Part shown: piece by piece, positions 1 to 9,006 of the stretch | Layout: each line of letters opens with the position of its first letter | How positions within the stretch are numbered: the stretch's first letter is position 1 | Assembly (NCBI GenBank): GCA_029263195.1 | Contig: JAJCXX010000059.1 | Location: forward strand, 15,166 to 79,165 | Direction of reading: 5' to 3' | Length of the DNA: 64,000 bases | Source: Acidimicrobiales bacterium | GTDB lineage: Bacteria > Actinomycetota > Acidimicrobiia > Acidimicrobiales > Aldehydirespiratoraceae | Notes under the pieces: model-generated | What the model was told of the DNA's origin: nothing | The model's input: the letters and a program-made list of their open reading frames with translations, nothing else | Database searches by the model: none | Made by a program: the position numbers and the translations under genes

Positions 1-816
1 TGGCTGAGTCACAGAGTTGATCCCGGCGAGGGTGATTCCGCGAAGTATGAACGGAAGGACCGAGGCTGGAAGATCGGCGCCTCCGGCCAGACCACATGCT
101 GCGACACAACCGTTGTCGCGGGTGGAGGACAGAACATTGGCGAGTGTGTTGGACCCGACGGTGTCGATGGCTCCGGCCCATCGGGCCCGCCCGAGTGGGG
201 AGACATCGCCCGACAGTTCGGCTCGATCGATCACGTCAGAGGCCCCGAGCGTCTTCAGATAGCCGGCCTCGGCCGGTCGGCCGGTGGAGGCGACGACCTC
301 GAACCCGAGCTTTGACAACACGGCCACGGCCACGCTTCCAACTCCGCCGGCCGCCCCGGTGACCACCACCGGCCCGGTTTCCGGTGCGACGCCGTGTTCT
401 TCGAGGGCTAACACGGACAGCATCGCGGTGTAGCCGGCAGTGCCGATCGCCATGGCGCGACGGGTATCGATCGAGTCGGGGAGTCGGGTCAGCCAATCAC
501 CGTTGACCCGGCTGCGCTGGGTGTATCCGCCCCAGTACTGCTCGCCGGTGCTCCAACCGTTGAGAACCACACGATCTCCCACCTCCCAACGACGATCGGA
601 GCTGTCGGTCACGACGCCTGACAGGTCGATTCCGGGCACGATCGGAAACTTGCGCAGCACCGGCCCACCGGTCAGCGCCAGGCCGTCCTTGTAGTTGAGC
701 GACGAATACTCGACGTCGATGGTCACGTTGCCATCGGGGAGGTCAGATTCATCGAGCTGAGCAAACGCGACGTGCTGACCGTCGTCGTCCTTGGTGACTA
801 GAAGAGTCTGGAACAT
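1..816 (-). CDS. YhdH/AcuI-like NADPH quinone oxidoreductase / acrylyl-CoA reductase (MDR superfamily); 3' part of the gene lies beyond position 1
   Basis: Reverse-strand translation from ~816 reads [50 protein letters not shown]..., which follows the N-terminal pattern of E. coli YhdH (…VDVHWSSLNYKDALAITGKG…). It is absent from the ORF track because it runs off the window edge. The start coordinate is approximate (+/-2). Confidence 0.6.
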   Translation of the reverse strand, partial: MFQTLLVTKDDDGQHVAFAQLDESDLPDGNVTIDVEYSSLNYKDGLALTGGPVLRKFPIVPGIDLSGVVTDSSDRRWEVGDRVVLNGWSTGEQYWGGYTQRSRVNGDWLTRLPDSIDTRRAMAIGTAGYTAMLSVLALEEHGVAPETGPVVVTGAAGGVGSVAVAVLSKLGFEVVASTGRPAEAGYLKTLGASDVIDRAELSGDVSPLGRARWAGAIDTVGSNTLANVLSSTRDNGCVAACGLAGGADLPASVLPFILRGITLAGINSVTQP

Positions 817-875
817 GTGCGCGAACGTATCTCACTCGGCATGATGCGTGGCAGCCGCACAACAGGAGTTGTCCA

Positions 876-1739
876 GTGAAGTTCGGAATCGCATTCGCCA
901 ACGCCATGTCGTTCACATCGGGAGAGGGCGCTGCCCTCCTCGGCCGATCAGCCGAGGCCGCCGGGTTTGAGTCGGTCTGGACCGTCGAGCACATCGTCTA
1001 CCCCGAGGGATACGAGTCGACCTATCCGTACTCGCGTCACGGCAAGATGCCCGGAACAAGTGAGAACCCGATTCCCGATCCCCTCGTTTGGCTCGCTCAT
1101 ATTTCGGCGGTCACCGACACGCTGAAGCTCGCCACGGGGATCTCGCTTCTTCCCGAGCACAATCCGCTCAAGTTCGCCAAGGAGGTCGCCACCCTCGATT
1201 CGATGTCGGGTGGCCGAGTGGAGCTCGGGATCGGAATCGGCTGGCTCAAGGAGGAATTCGCGGCGCTCGGCGTGCCGTGGGAACGCCGTGGGCCCCGCAC
1301 CGAGGAATACATGGAGGTCATCAGGACGCTGTGGTCCGGCGACGACGTGAGCTTTCACGGCGAGTTCGTCGACTTCGATCACATCAGCTGCAACCCGAAG
1401 CCTGCCAACGGTCGTGTGCCGATTCACATCGGCGGGCACAGCGAGGCGGCCGCCAAGAGGGCCGGGCGAGTCGGCGATGGGTTCTGGCCGGCCCGAGGCG
1501 ACCTGCCGGTACTGGCCGAACTGGCCCGTCAGACCGCCGAAGACGCCGGGCGTGATGCGTCGTCGATCGAGATCACCGGCCAGCACAAGGGAATCTTCGG
1601 CGACGATCCGGCCGCCGCGGTGGAGGAACTCGAGTCCTGGGGCGTGCATCGAGCAATTGTTCCGGCCTTCATGTTTCTCGGCGACACCGCTGAGATGATG
1701 GCCGAATTCGGTGAGAAGGTCATCGCCCCCTACGGCTGA
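876..1739 (+). CDS. LLM-class (luciferase-like) flavin/F420-dependent oxidoreductase
   Basis: 287 aa with a GTG start. The N-terminus MKFGIAF and the motifs TVEHIV and LGIGIGW are typical of luciferase-like monooxygenase / F420-dependent LLM proteins. Confidence 0.8.
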   Translation: MKFGIAFANAMSFTSGEGAALLGRSAEAAGFESVWTVEHIVYPEGYESTYPYSRHGKMPGTSENPIPDPLVWLAHISAVTDTLKLATGISLLPEHNPLKFAKEVATLDSMSGGRVELGIGIGWLKEEFAALGVPWERRGPRTEEYMEVIRTLWSGDDVSFHGEFVDFDHISCNPKPANGRVPIHIGGHSEAAAKRAGRVGDGFWPARGDLPVLAELARQTAEDAGRDASSIEITGQHKGIFGDDPAAAVEELESWGVHRAIVPAFMFLGDTAEMMAEFGEKVIAPYG

Positions 1740-2622
1740 GCGGGGTCGAATGGTCCCAGTCGGCAAGAAGGCTTCGAATGGCCGTGATCAAGATGAGCGG
1801 CACATCGAGCATCGGATGATGCCCGGCCGTGGGCAGCTCGATCACCGGCGCGACCCGACCCAGCTTGTCGTACATGTAGTCGCCGATGTCGGGTGTGACG
1901 AGGCCATCCTCACAGCGCAGCAGCGCGACCCGGCAACGAATCTGGGAAAGCAGTGCTTCGGCCTCATGGCGTCGTGGCACGAAGATGGATGGGTCGAACT
2001 TCCAGTGCCACCGGCCATCGGTGGGGTCGAGGCGTAGCGAACTACGGGCAATGTGATCACGGACGTAGGGGAGATAGACAGCCTGCTCGGGCACAGTGCG
2101 GAAACGGCCGTAAGCCACTTCGGGATCCTCGTAGGTCTTCGGCCTGCTGAACTGGGCGCCGGCACGTGCCGCTTCCACCTCGGGGTCCTCAACCTGTATG
2201 GGCGAATCGATGATGATTCCACCGAGAAGGATGTCGGGGTGAGTGGCCGCTGTGGCAACGGTGACGAATCCACCCATGGAGTGGCCGACCACCACCGGAG
2301 GCCCATCGAAGTCGGCATTGGCGATCACCGCCGCAACTTCGTCACACCAGGTCTTGAGCGGGTACGAGGTGCGCCAGTCGCTGTCGCCGTGTCCCGACAT
2401 GTCGATGGCGGCAATTCGATGGTTGGGAAGAAAAGCCGGGGCTATGTGATCCCACCATTTGGCGTGGGCCGCCCCGCCATGGACGAAAACGATGCCCGGA
2501 CGGCCCTTCTGTCCCCATGTGAGGTAGTTGATGTTGGCTCCGTCGACCAGGACCCGGTGCTGCTCGGGCGTTGTGGTAATCGCCCGGTTGAACCATTCGG
2601 GTGTGTCCGTCACGTCGTTCAC
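1720..2622 (-). CDS. alpha/beta-fold hydrolase
   Basis: 300 aa. It has a GHSMGG nucleophile elbow and a VFVHGG oxyanion region. Its start overlaps the upstream MFS gene stop by 4 nt. Confidence 0.8.
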   Translation of the reverse strand: MNDVTDTPEWFNRAITTTPEQHRVLVDGANINYLTWGQKGRPGIVFVHGGAAHAKWWDHIAPAFLPNHRIAAIDMSGHGDSDWRTSYPLKTWCDEVAAVIANADFDGPPVVVGHSMGGFVTVATAATHPDILLGGIIIDSPIQVEDPEVEAARAGAQFSRPKTYEDPEVAYGRFRTVPEQAVYLPYVRDHIARSSLRLDPTDGRWHWKFDPSIFVPRRHEAEALLSQIRCRVALLRCEDGLVTPDIGDYMYDKLGRVAPVIELPTAGHHPMLDVPLILITAIRSLLADWDHSTPLSRRGR

Positions 2623-3806
2623 CTTCGGCTCCTGGGCCCGACCTCGGCCACCTTTGTCACCGGTTCGACCTCTCCGATTATCCGACCACTCGAGACGAGT
2701 CCGACCGCCGCGATCCCGGCCGCAACAAGGAACCCGGTGGGACGATCGGTGGCATCGGCGACGACGCCGATCACGGGGCCGCCGACCCCAAACGCCAGAT
2801 CGAAGAACATGGAGAAGCTGCCAACAGCGTGGCTGCGTTCGGCTTCAGGAGCAGTGTCGACCACCAGCGCGAACAACGCTGGAAACAAGAATGTCTGAGC
2901 CACGGCGATCGTGGCCGCGCCAACGTAGACACCGACCGGTCCCCGCCACCCCCACAACAACAGGAGTCCCAGAACGCCGAACGATAGAGATATTCGGGTG
3001 GTCAGAACCGGCCCGAGCTGATCGGGCACACGGGCCGCGACAATTCGCAGCACCAACACCACAACCGCGAAGACGGTGAAGACCGTGCCCGTATTTTTGA
3101 TACCGACATCGGCCGCGTGGAGAGCGGCGAAAGCCAGGAAGCTCGTGTAGCCGAGCAGTCCGAGGAACATCACCACCCCCGGTCGTATCGCCGCCGGATG
3201 CAAAAAGCCGCGTCGCTCGACGTCGACCGGTGGTTCGTCGGGGGCGCCGGGTGCGGTGGAGCCCACCAGCGCGGCGACGAGAGCGAGCCCGCCGGCCAGT
3301 ATCCAGGTGGTGTCGCTCGACCAATGGTCGGCGACCAACTCTCCCAATGGCGGCCCGAGAGCAACGGCTCCGTAGATGGTCAACGAGAAGTACGAGGCAG
3401 CCTCGCCGCGCCGGTCGTCGGGGGAGAGGTCCTGAATGGCGGTGGCCGCTCCGACGAAGATTCCGGCTTCGCCGAGTCCGGCGACCATTCGTATCGCGAT
3501 CACCGCCGGGATCGAGTTCGCCAACGACAGGGCGGCTGTGGCGAGTCCGGCGATGATGGCCCCGCCCATGATGAGGGTTCGGCGTCCTCGTCGGTCGCCG
3601 ATCGAACCGGCCACGGGACGAACCATCGCGGCGGCCACTCCGAACGATCCGACTGCCAACCCGACCTGCGTGGACGTCCCTCCGAGGTCTTCTTTCACAA
3701 ACAGCGGTAGGACCGAGAGGGTCAGGCTGAGTCCCATGAAATAGAGGGTGCTGGCAACGCAGATGAGAAGAAATCGGGGCGTCAGCAGCCTGGCGGGGTT
3801 CGGCAC
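2619..3806 (-). CDS. MFS transporter
   Basis: 395 aa, about 12 predicted TM helices, with the conserved G-x-x-x-D-R-x-G-R-R loop (GSIGDRRGRR). Confidence 0.8.
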   Translation of the reverse strand: MPNPARLLTPRFLLICVASTLYFMGLSLTLSVLPLFVKEDLGGTSTQVGLAVGSFGVAAAMVRPVAGSIGDRRGRRTLIMGGAIIAGLATAALSLANSIPAVIAIRMVAGLGEAGIFVGAATAIQDLSPDDRRGEAASYFSLTIYGAVALGPPLGELVADHWSSDTTWILAGGLALVAALVGSTAPGAPDEPPVDVERRGFLHPAAIRPGVVMFLGLLGYTSFLAFAALHAADVGIKNTGTVFTVFAVVVLVLRIVAARVPDQLGPVLTTRISLSFGVLGLLLLWGWRGPVGVYVGAATIAVAQTFLFPALFALVVDTAPEAERSHAVGSFSMFFDLAFGVGGPVIGVVADATDRPTGFLVAAGIAAVGLVSSGRIIGEVEPVTKVAEVGPRSRR

Positions 3807-3883
3807 CGGGTGAGCTTGACCGACCGAATCCGAGCAGACAACCTGCGGGGGAGATTGATTCGGGCGCGTCGATGTGGCTCAGG

Positions 3884-4801
3884 TCACCACGTGGTATCGA
3901 TTGCCTCGGCTGAGAGCACCCACGGATCGAGTGAAAGCTCGGCCGGGTCGAATCGTGTGATCAGGTCGCTGGGCCTGACCAGTTGTTCGGGCACGTCGAT
4001 TCCGAGACTGGCGGCAAGCACGGATACCACTCTTTCGGGCCCGTCGCCGAGGACCGATCGGTCGTGCAACGTTACGGAGCCGTGCCGTTTCGCCAGCCTC
4101 TTTCCGTCGTCGGCCAGGACCAACGGTACGTGGGCGTAGGACGGGACCGAGAGTTTCAGCACCGACTGCAAGTGAATGTGGCGCGGCGTGGAGTCGAGAA
4201 GATCATCGGCCCGCACGACCTCGCCCACGCCCTGGTCGGCGTCGTCGACCACGACCGCCAGGTTGTAGGCGGGCGTGCCGTCGTTGCGACGCAGCACGAA
4301 ATCGTCGACCGATGCGCTGACGCTCCCGTGAAGAAGGTCGACAACATCTGTTGCGGTCGAGAAACAGCGGAGACGAAGGGCGGCCGGGCGACCCGATTCC
4401 TCGTTTTCGGCAACCTTCTTCGCCGGCAGATCCCGACATGTTCCGGGATAGGTACCGGGCGGTTTGTGAGGAGCTACGGCCGCTTCCCGCACCTCTCTAC
4501 GAGAGCACCAACATCGGTAGGTCAGGCCGGCATTCGACAGGTCGGTTATGGCGTCTTCGTAGAGGTCCGACCGCTCGGACTGCCGAACCGGTGGGTCGTC
4601 CCAGTCGAGTCCGATGAGCGAGAGATCGCGGGCCTGACGATGTTCGTAATCGCGGGACGACGTGGAGAGGTCGAGGTCCTCGAATCTCAAGAGGAACCTC
4701 GAACCGTCCGATCGTGCGAACAGCCACGCTGCCAACGCGGTGCGAAGATTGCCGATGTGGAGGTCGCCGGTGGGGCTGGGGGCGAATCGACCGGTCGGCA
4801 T
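3884..4801 (-). CDS. gluQ: glutamyl-Q tRNA(Asp) synthetase (truncated GluRS paralogue)
   Basis: 305 aa. It has the HIGH-type motif (GDLHIGNLRTAL) and a class-I GluRS catalytic core, with no anticodon-binding domain. Confidence 0.75.
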   Translation of the reverse strand: MPTGRFAPSPTGDLHIGNLRTALAAWLFARSDGSRFLLRFEDLDLSTSSRDYEHRQARDLSLIGLDWDDPPVRQSERSDLYEDAITDLSNAGLTYRCWCSRREVREAAVAPHKPPGTYPGTCRDLPAKKVAENEESGRPAALRLRCFSTATDVVDLLHGSVSASVDDFVLRRNDGTPAYNLAVVVDDADQGVGEVVRADDLLDSTPRHIHLQSVLKLSVPSYAHVPLVLADDGKRLAKRHGSVTLHDRSVLGDGPERVVSVLAASLGIDVPEQLVRPSDLITRFDPAELSLDPWVLSAEAIDTTW

Positions 4802-4932
4802 TCACTGATGCTCGCACGTCGGCCGCTGGCGCGGGCTACGGAGGGCGCAAATGTCTGGCGAGGAGACCGATCCCGAGCGCTTTCTCTCCGACCCAGCGAG
4901 TCAACCGGGTCGGGTTCTGGAACACTGGTGCG

Positions 4933-5664
4933 ATGACAACCCGACCGGGCGAAGAACACCACCGCATCCAGATGGTTCACAGCCATCGAGATGTGCAGGG
5001 CGGATTGGCGCGCGCCACGGTGTTTGGAGTGAGCGACGGCCTGGTGTCGAACATTGCTCTCATTCTCGGTATCGCCGGAGCGTCGACCGATGGGTCACTC
5101 GTCAGGCTCGCCGGCATTAGTGGCCTGTTGGCCGGAGCCATCTCGATGGCGGCGGGGGAGTGGATATCCGTCCGGGCCCAGAACGAACTCATCGAACGCG
5201 AACTCGAAATCGAGCGACGTTCGCTGGCGGAAGATCCAGAAGCCGAGAAACGTGAACTCGCCGCGATTTACAGGGCGCGCGGAATCGACGCGGAGCATGC
5301 TCGCCAGGTCGCCGAGGCGGTCATGTCCGATCCCGAAGTTGCCCTGGAGGTTCACGCCCGCGAAGAGCTTGGCGTCAACCCCGATGGCATCGGCAACCCC
5401 ACGCTCATTGCGGTGTCGTCGTTCTTCGCCTTCGCTCTGGGAGCGATCGTGCCACTGGCGCCATGGTTCTTCGCCGAGGGTTCATCAGCAGTGATTACTT
5501 CGGTGGCTTTCGGGATCTTGGCCGCGGCGATCGTCGGCGTTCTGCTGGCCAAATTCACCGAGCGGTCACCCGTTCTGACGGCGACACGACAGGTTCTCGT
5601 GGCCGCCGGCGCAGCAACCGCGACCTATGTGATCGGGTCTGCTCTGGGCGTTTCCGGTATCTGA
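4933..5664 (+). CDS. VIT1/CCC1-family Fe/Mn transporter
   Basis: The ORF track extends upstream, but the plausible start is the ATG at 4933 (MTTRPGEEHH…). The motifs VFGVSDGLVSN and SMAAGEWISV and the C-terminal TM pair are typical of the VIT family (DUF125). Confidence 0.7.
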   Translation: MTTRPGEEHHRIQMVHSHRDVQGGLARATVFGVSDGLVSNIALILGIAGASTDGSLVRLAGISGLLAGAISMAAGEWISVRAQNELIERELEIERRSLAEDPEAEKRELAAIYRARGIDAEHARQVAEAVMSDPEVALEVHAREELGVNPDGIGNPTLIAVSSFFAFALGAIVPLAPWFFAEGSSAVITSVAFGILAAAIVGVLLAKFTERSPVLTATRQVLVAAGAATATYVIGSALGVSGI

Positions 5665-5756
5665 TCCGTCCCAGTTGCGGTTCAAGTGCTCTGAAACATG
5701 AGCCGATAGCACCATCTAGCGGAGTCCATCCGTACTGATCTATCGGACCGATTGGG

Positions 5757-7160
5757 GTGCACGTGGCAATAACCGATGTTGCGAATCGGTCCGATGTCTC
5801 CCACCTGCTCCGACGGGCCGGTTTCGGTGGAAGCCTGGCGGAGATCAACGCGCTCACCGGCCGCACCCGTGAGCAGTGCGTGGATGCGATCATGGGATTT
5901 CGGGCCACCGACAGTGTTCCGGACGGCCCCGACGTCGGGGTGCCGGCATTCGTGTCCAAGCAGAACCAATGGGATTCCCACAGCGAGGTGCTCAACTGGT
6001 GGTTCGCACGAATGGCAGCGACCCCGAATCCGACGACCGCTCCTGGTGTCGTACCGGCGGTTGCCTCGCCGACTCCTCTACAGGAGAAGATGACGCTGTT
6101 CTGGCACGATCACTTCGCCTGCGGGCAGGACAAGGTGAGTGACATCCCGGCCATGTGGGACCAGATCTCGATGTTTCGCCGCAAGGGCCTGGGAGCCTTC
6201 GGTGACCTGCTGCGGCTGGTGTCGGTGCACCCGGCGATGTTGGTCTATCTCGACAATCAGTCGAACGTCGCTGGATCCGAACAGGAGAACTACGCCCGCG
6301 AGCTGATGGAGTTGCACACCATCGGGGTCGGCGAGTTCACCGAGGACGACGTGATAGCGATGGCCCGTGCCTGGACCGGCCACAACACGATCGGCTGGAC
6401 CGGATCGGAGTGGGACTCGACCTACGTCTATTCGTCGTCCGAACACGATGACTCTTCGAAGACGCTGTTCGGCATCACAGCCAACTGGAATGGACTGGTA
6501 CGGAGTCCTGGCGAGCGCGAGGTCATGGCCGAGTTCACAACCGGATCGAAGCAAGGGGCGACCGCCCGATTCATGTCTCGAAAGCTATTCCGTTGGTTCG
6601 CTCATCTGGACCCGTCAGATGCGGTCGTCGACTCACTCGCCGGTGCTTTTGTCGCCTCCGGCATGCAGGTGTCGGCGCTCGTGCGGGCGGTCCTCAGCCA
6701 CGATGAGTTCTGGGGGCCTGAGAGCCGATGGGCGCAAGTCAAGAGTCCCGTCGATTTCATGGTGTCGATCATTCGTCGATCCGGGCTGCCAGCCGCCGAC
6801 ATGGGTCTCCATTGGCGCATGGAGAGCATGGGTCAGGTGCTGCTCGAACCGCCCAATGTTGCTGGTTGGGGAACTGGTGCCGGCTGGCTTTCGACGGCCT
6901 CGGCCTGGGGACGTGGCGCGATGATGAGAGGCCTGAGGTGGAGGGCATCGGATTCCGGGCTGCTGGCCGGCACCGGAAGTCTGGCTGCGGCCGATGCCGT
7001 CCAAGCGATCTTCGACCTGTTCGGGCTGGAGGAGGTTTCCGCCGCAACTCGTCTGGAACTCGAGCGTTGGCACCAGGAGACCCACGCCACCTCAAGTTGG
7101 TCGATACCCACCCAAGGTTTCATGCTCGGAGCCATGATTCCGGAGTTTCAGGTCCAATGA
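5757..7160 (+). CDS. DUF1800 family protein
   Basis: 467 aa with a GTG start. The N-terminal HLLRRAGFG signature and the motifs LFWHDHF and ELHTIGVG are characteristic of DUF1800. It overlaps the next gene by 4 nt (ATGA). Confidence 0.75.
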   Translation: MHVAITDVANRSDVSHLLRRAGFGGSLAEINALTGRTREQCVDAIMGFRATDSVPDGPDVGVPAFVSKQNQWDSHSEVLNWWFARMAATPNPTTAPGVVPAVASPTPLQEKMTLFWHDHFACGQDKVSDIPAMWDQISMFRRKGLGAFGDLLRLVSVHPAMLVYLDNQSNVAGSEQENYARELMELHTIGVGEFTEDDVIAMARAWTGHNTIGWTGSEWDSTYVYSSSEHDDSSKTLFGITANWNGLVRSPGEREVMAEFTTGSKQGATARFMSRKLFRWFAHLDPSDAVVDSLAGAFVASGMQVSALVRAVLSHDEFWGPESRWAQVKSPVDFMVSIIRRSGLPAADMGLHWRMESMGQVLLEPPNVAGWGTGAGWLSTASAWGRGAMMRGLRWRASDSGLLAGTGSLAAADAVQAIFDLFGLEEVSAATRLELERWHQETHATSSWSIPTQGFMLGAMIPEFQVQ

Positions 7161-8929
7161 ACGCAACGACCATCATCGAAGATCATGAGGCGGGGATCGC
7201 CCGCCGTCGGTTTCTGCAGGGGGCACTGGCTCTGGGTGGCGCAGCCGGCGTGTCGCCCGGATGGCTCGATCGGATCGCGTTGGCCGGGCCGCCTCTCGGG
7301 CCTTCGGATCGGATCATCGTGTCGGTGTTCCTCTTCGGTGGAAATGACGGTCTCAACACTCTTGTTCCGGCTGAGGACGGACGATATCGCAGCGCCCGCG
7401 GCTCGCTGGCGGTGGACGTCACAGGAGCGACGTCTGTCGGCGAAGGTCTTCACCTGCATCCCGCGCTGACGCGGCTCAAGTCCCGATTCGATGCCGGCCA
7501 GGTCGCGCTGGTCAGGGGAGTGGGAGAGCCGTCGAACGACCACAGTCACTTCAGCTCGAGGGCGACCTGGATGAGTGCTCAGCCTGGCATGGTCAATCCG
7601 ACGGGTTGGCTCGGACGCTATGCCGACAGTGCCGGCATGGGTGATCTCTCTGCGGTTTCGATCGGATGGGGCGAGGTGCCGCTGGTACTCAAGGGCAACA
7701 CGACCCCGACCACATCGTTGCCTCCCAACGGCGGGTTGTTCGGAGCCGACCGATCCGAATCATACGAGCGCCATGCCATGGAGGCCCTGAGTCGAATCGG
7801 GGGCGCCGGTGCCGGCATGGGTCCATTCGGTCCTGCGGTTTCCGGCTCGATCGGATCCGCGGTCGACACGGCGCAACAGATCAGTCCGGCATACGTCCCC
7901 ACCCTTCCCACCGAAGGCCTCGGACTTGATCTGGCTCTGGCGGCTCAGGTGATCAATCTCGACGTCGGTGCGAGGGTGCTCAGCGTTTCTCTGAGCGGAT
8001 TCGACAACCACAGCTCCATGCGTCCCGATCACGACGATCTGATGACTGAACTCGATGCCGGGATAGACGCGTTCTTCGCCAATCTCGCGCCGCAGTTCGT
8101 CGGGCGTACCTCTCTCCTCGTGTCCTCGGAGTTCGGAAGGCGGGTCCGACCCAATGATTCCGGAGGCACCGATCACGGAGCGGCTGGCCTGGCCATGTTG
8201 ATTGGAACTCGCGTCAATGGCGGACTGCATGGGGTTCAGCCCTCTCTGGGTGATCTCGACCGCCGAGGCGATCTCAAGCATCACGTCGACTTCCGGTCGG
8301 TCTACGCGACCGTTCTTGATGATTGGCTCGGTGCTGATCACGGGTCACTCCTGGGCGGCAACCATCCCAAGCTCGGATTGTTCTCTGCTCCGGGGCCCGG
8401 CGGTTTCTTCGACGTCAGCTCCGACAAGTACTACGGGCCGGCGGTCGGCTGGTTGGCAGGGCGTGGAATCACCACCGGCACCGGGATCGGAGAGTTCTCT
8501 CCCGATGGCCCCGTCACCCGAGCCCAGATGGCGACGTTTCTCTGGCGCTACCGAGGCCAACCGTCGGGTGCTCCGGCTGCCGCATTCTCCGATGTTCCTC
8601 GCGGGACCTACTACTCAGCCGCTGTTGATTGGCTTTCTCAGACGGGAATCACCACGGGAACGGGATTCGGACGATTCTCTCCCGACGATCCAGTCACGCG
8701 CGGTCAGATGGCGGCGTTCCTGTGGCGCTTGGAGAACAGGCCCGGGGGATCTCCACGCGCTGGCTTCTCCGATGTACCGTCCGGCAAGTACTACACCCAG
8801 GCAGTCGACTGGCTACTTCACCGAGGCATCACAACTGGTCTAGGTGCCGGTCGATATGGGCCGGACGAAGTGGTCACGCGGGGGCAAATGGCGACGTTCC
8901 TCTGGCGATTGGCGGGTAGTCCGGTGTAG
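7157..8929 (+). CDS. DUF1501 (sulfatase/alkaline-phosphatase-fold) protein with twin-arginine signal and three C-terminal SLH repeats
   Basis: The true start is the ATG at 7157 (MNATTIIEDHEAGIARRRFLQGALALGGAAG); the ORF track extends it upstream. RRRFLQG is a Tat motif. The central domain matches DUF1501 (VFLFGGNDGLNTLVP…TDHG). The C-terminus carries three 60-aa repeats, FSDVPxxxYYxxAVDWLxxxGITTGxGxGRFSPDxPVTRGQMAxFLWRL, that match the SLH consensus. Confidence 0.8.
   Translation: MNATTIIEDHEAGIARRRFLQGALALGGAAGVSPGWLDRIALAGPPLGPSDRIIVSVFLFGGNDGLNTLVPAEDGRYRSARGSLAVDVTGATSVGEGLHLHPALTRLKSRFDAGQVALVRGVGEPSNDHSHFSSRATWMSAQPGMVNPTGWLGRYADSAGMGDLSAVSIGWGEVPLVLKGNTTPTTSLPPNGGLFGADRSESYERHAMEALSRIGGAGAGMGPFGPAVSGSIGSAVDTAQQISPAYVPTLPTEGLGLDLALAAQVINLDVGARVLSVSLSGFDNHSSMRPDHDDLMTELDAGIDAFFANLAPQFVGRTSLLVSSEFGRRVRPNDSGGTDHGAAGLAMLIGTRVNGGLHGVQPSLGDLDRRGDLKHHVDFRSVYATVLDDWLGADHGSLLGGNHPKLGLFSAPGPGGFFDVSSDKYYGPAVGWLAGRGITTGTGIGEFSPDGPVTRAQMATFLWRYRGQPSGAPAAAFSDVPRGTYYSAAVDWLSQTGITTGTGFGRFSPDDPVTRGQMAAFLWRLENRPGGSPRAGFSDVPSGKYYTQAVDWLLHRGITTGLGAGRYGPDEVVTRGQMATFLWRLAGSPV
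8405..8926 (+). repeat. three in-frame tandem 180-bp units encoding the SLH modules of the DUF1501 gene
   Basis: The units begin at 8405, 8585 and 8765, by arithmetic from the protein repeats F417, F477 and F537. Confidence 0.7.
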
Positions 8930-9006
8930 TGGGTGGCTGGGTCTGATCCGGTGCGGCGCTAGCGTCGATTCCGGAGCCAGGGGACCGAGCATGCCGAAGT
9001 CAGCCG

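Noticed and set aside
4802-4932. Possible Mn (yybP-ykoY) riboswitch upstream of the VIT-family transporter
   Set aside because: I could not find the conserved riboswitch helices or loops by eye. The region is a short divergent promoter shared with gluQ.
5670-5700. GGTTCAAGTGC resembling a tRNA T-loop (GGTTCAAGTCC)
   Set aside because: No pairing T-stem or acceptor stem and no room for a 72-nt cloverleaf in the 92-bp gap. I do not call a tRNA.
6728-7156. N-terminal extension of the DUF1501 ORF (the track gives 733 aa)
   Set aside because: The extension lies inside DUF1800 in another frame and is Arg/Gly-rich. The Tat signal sits right after the ATG at 7157, which overlaps the DUF1800 stop.
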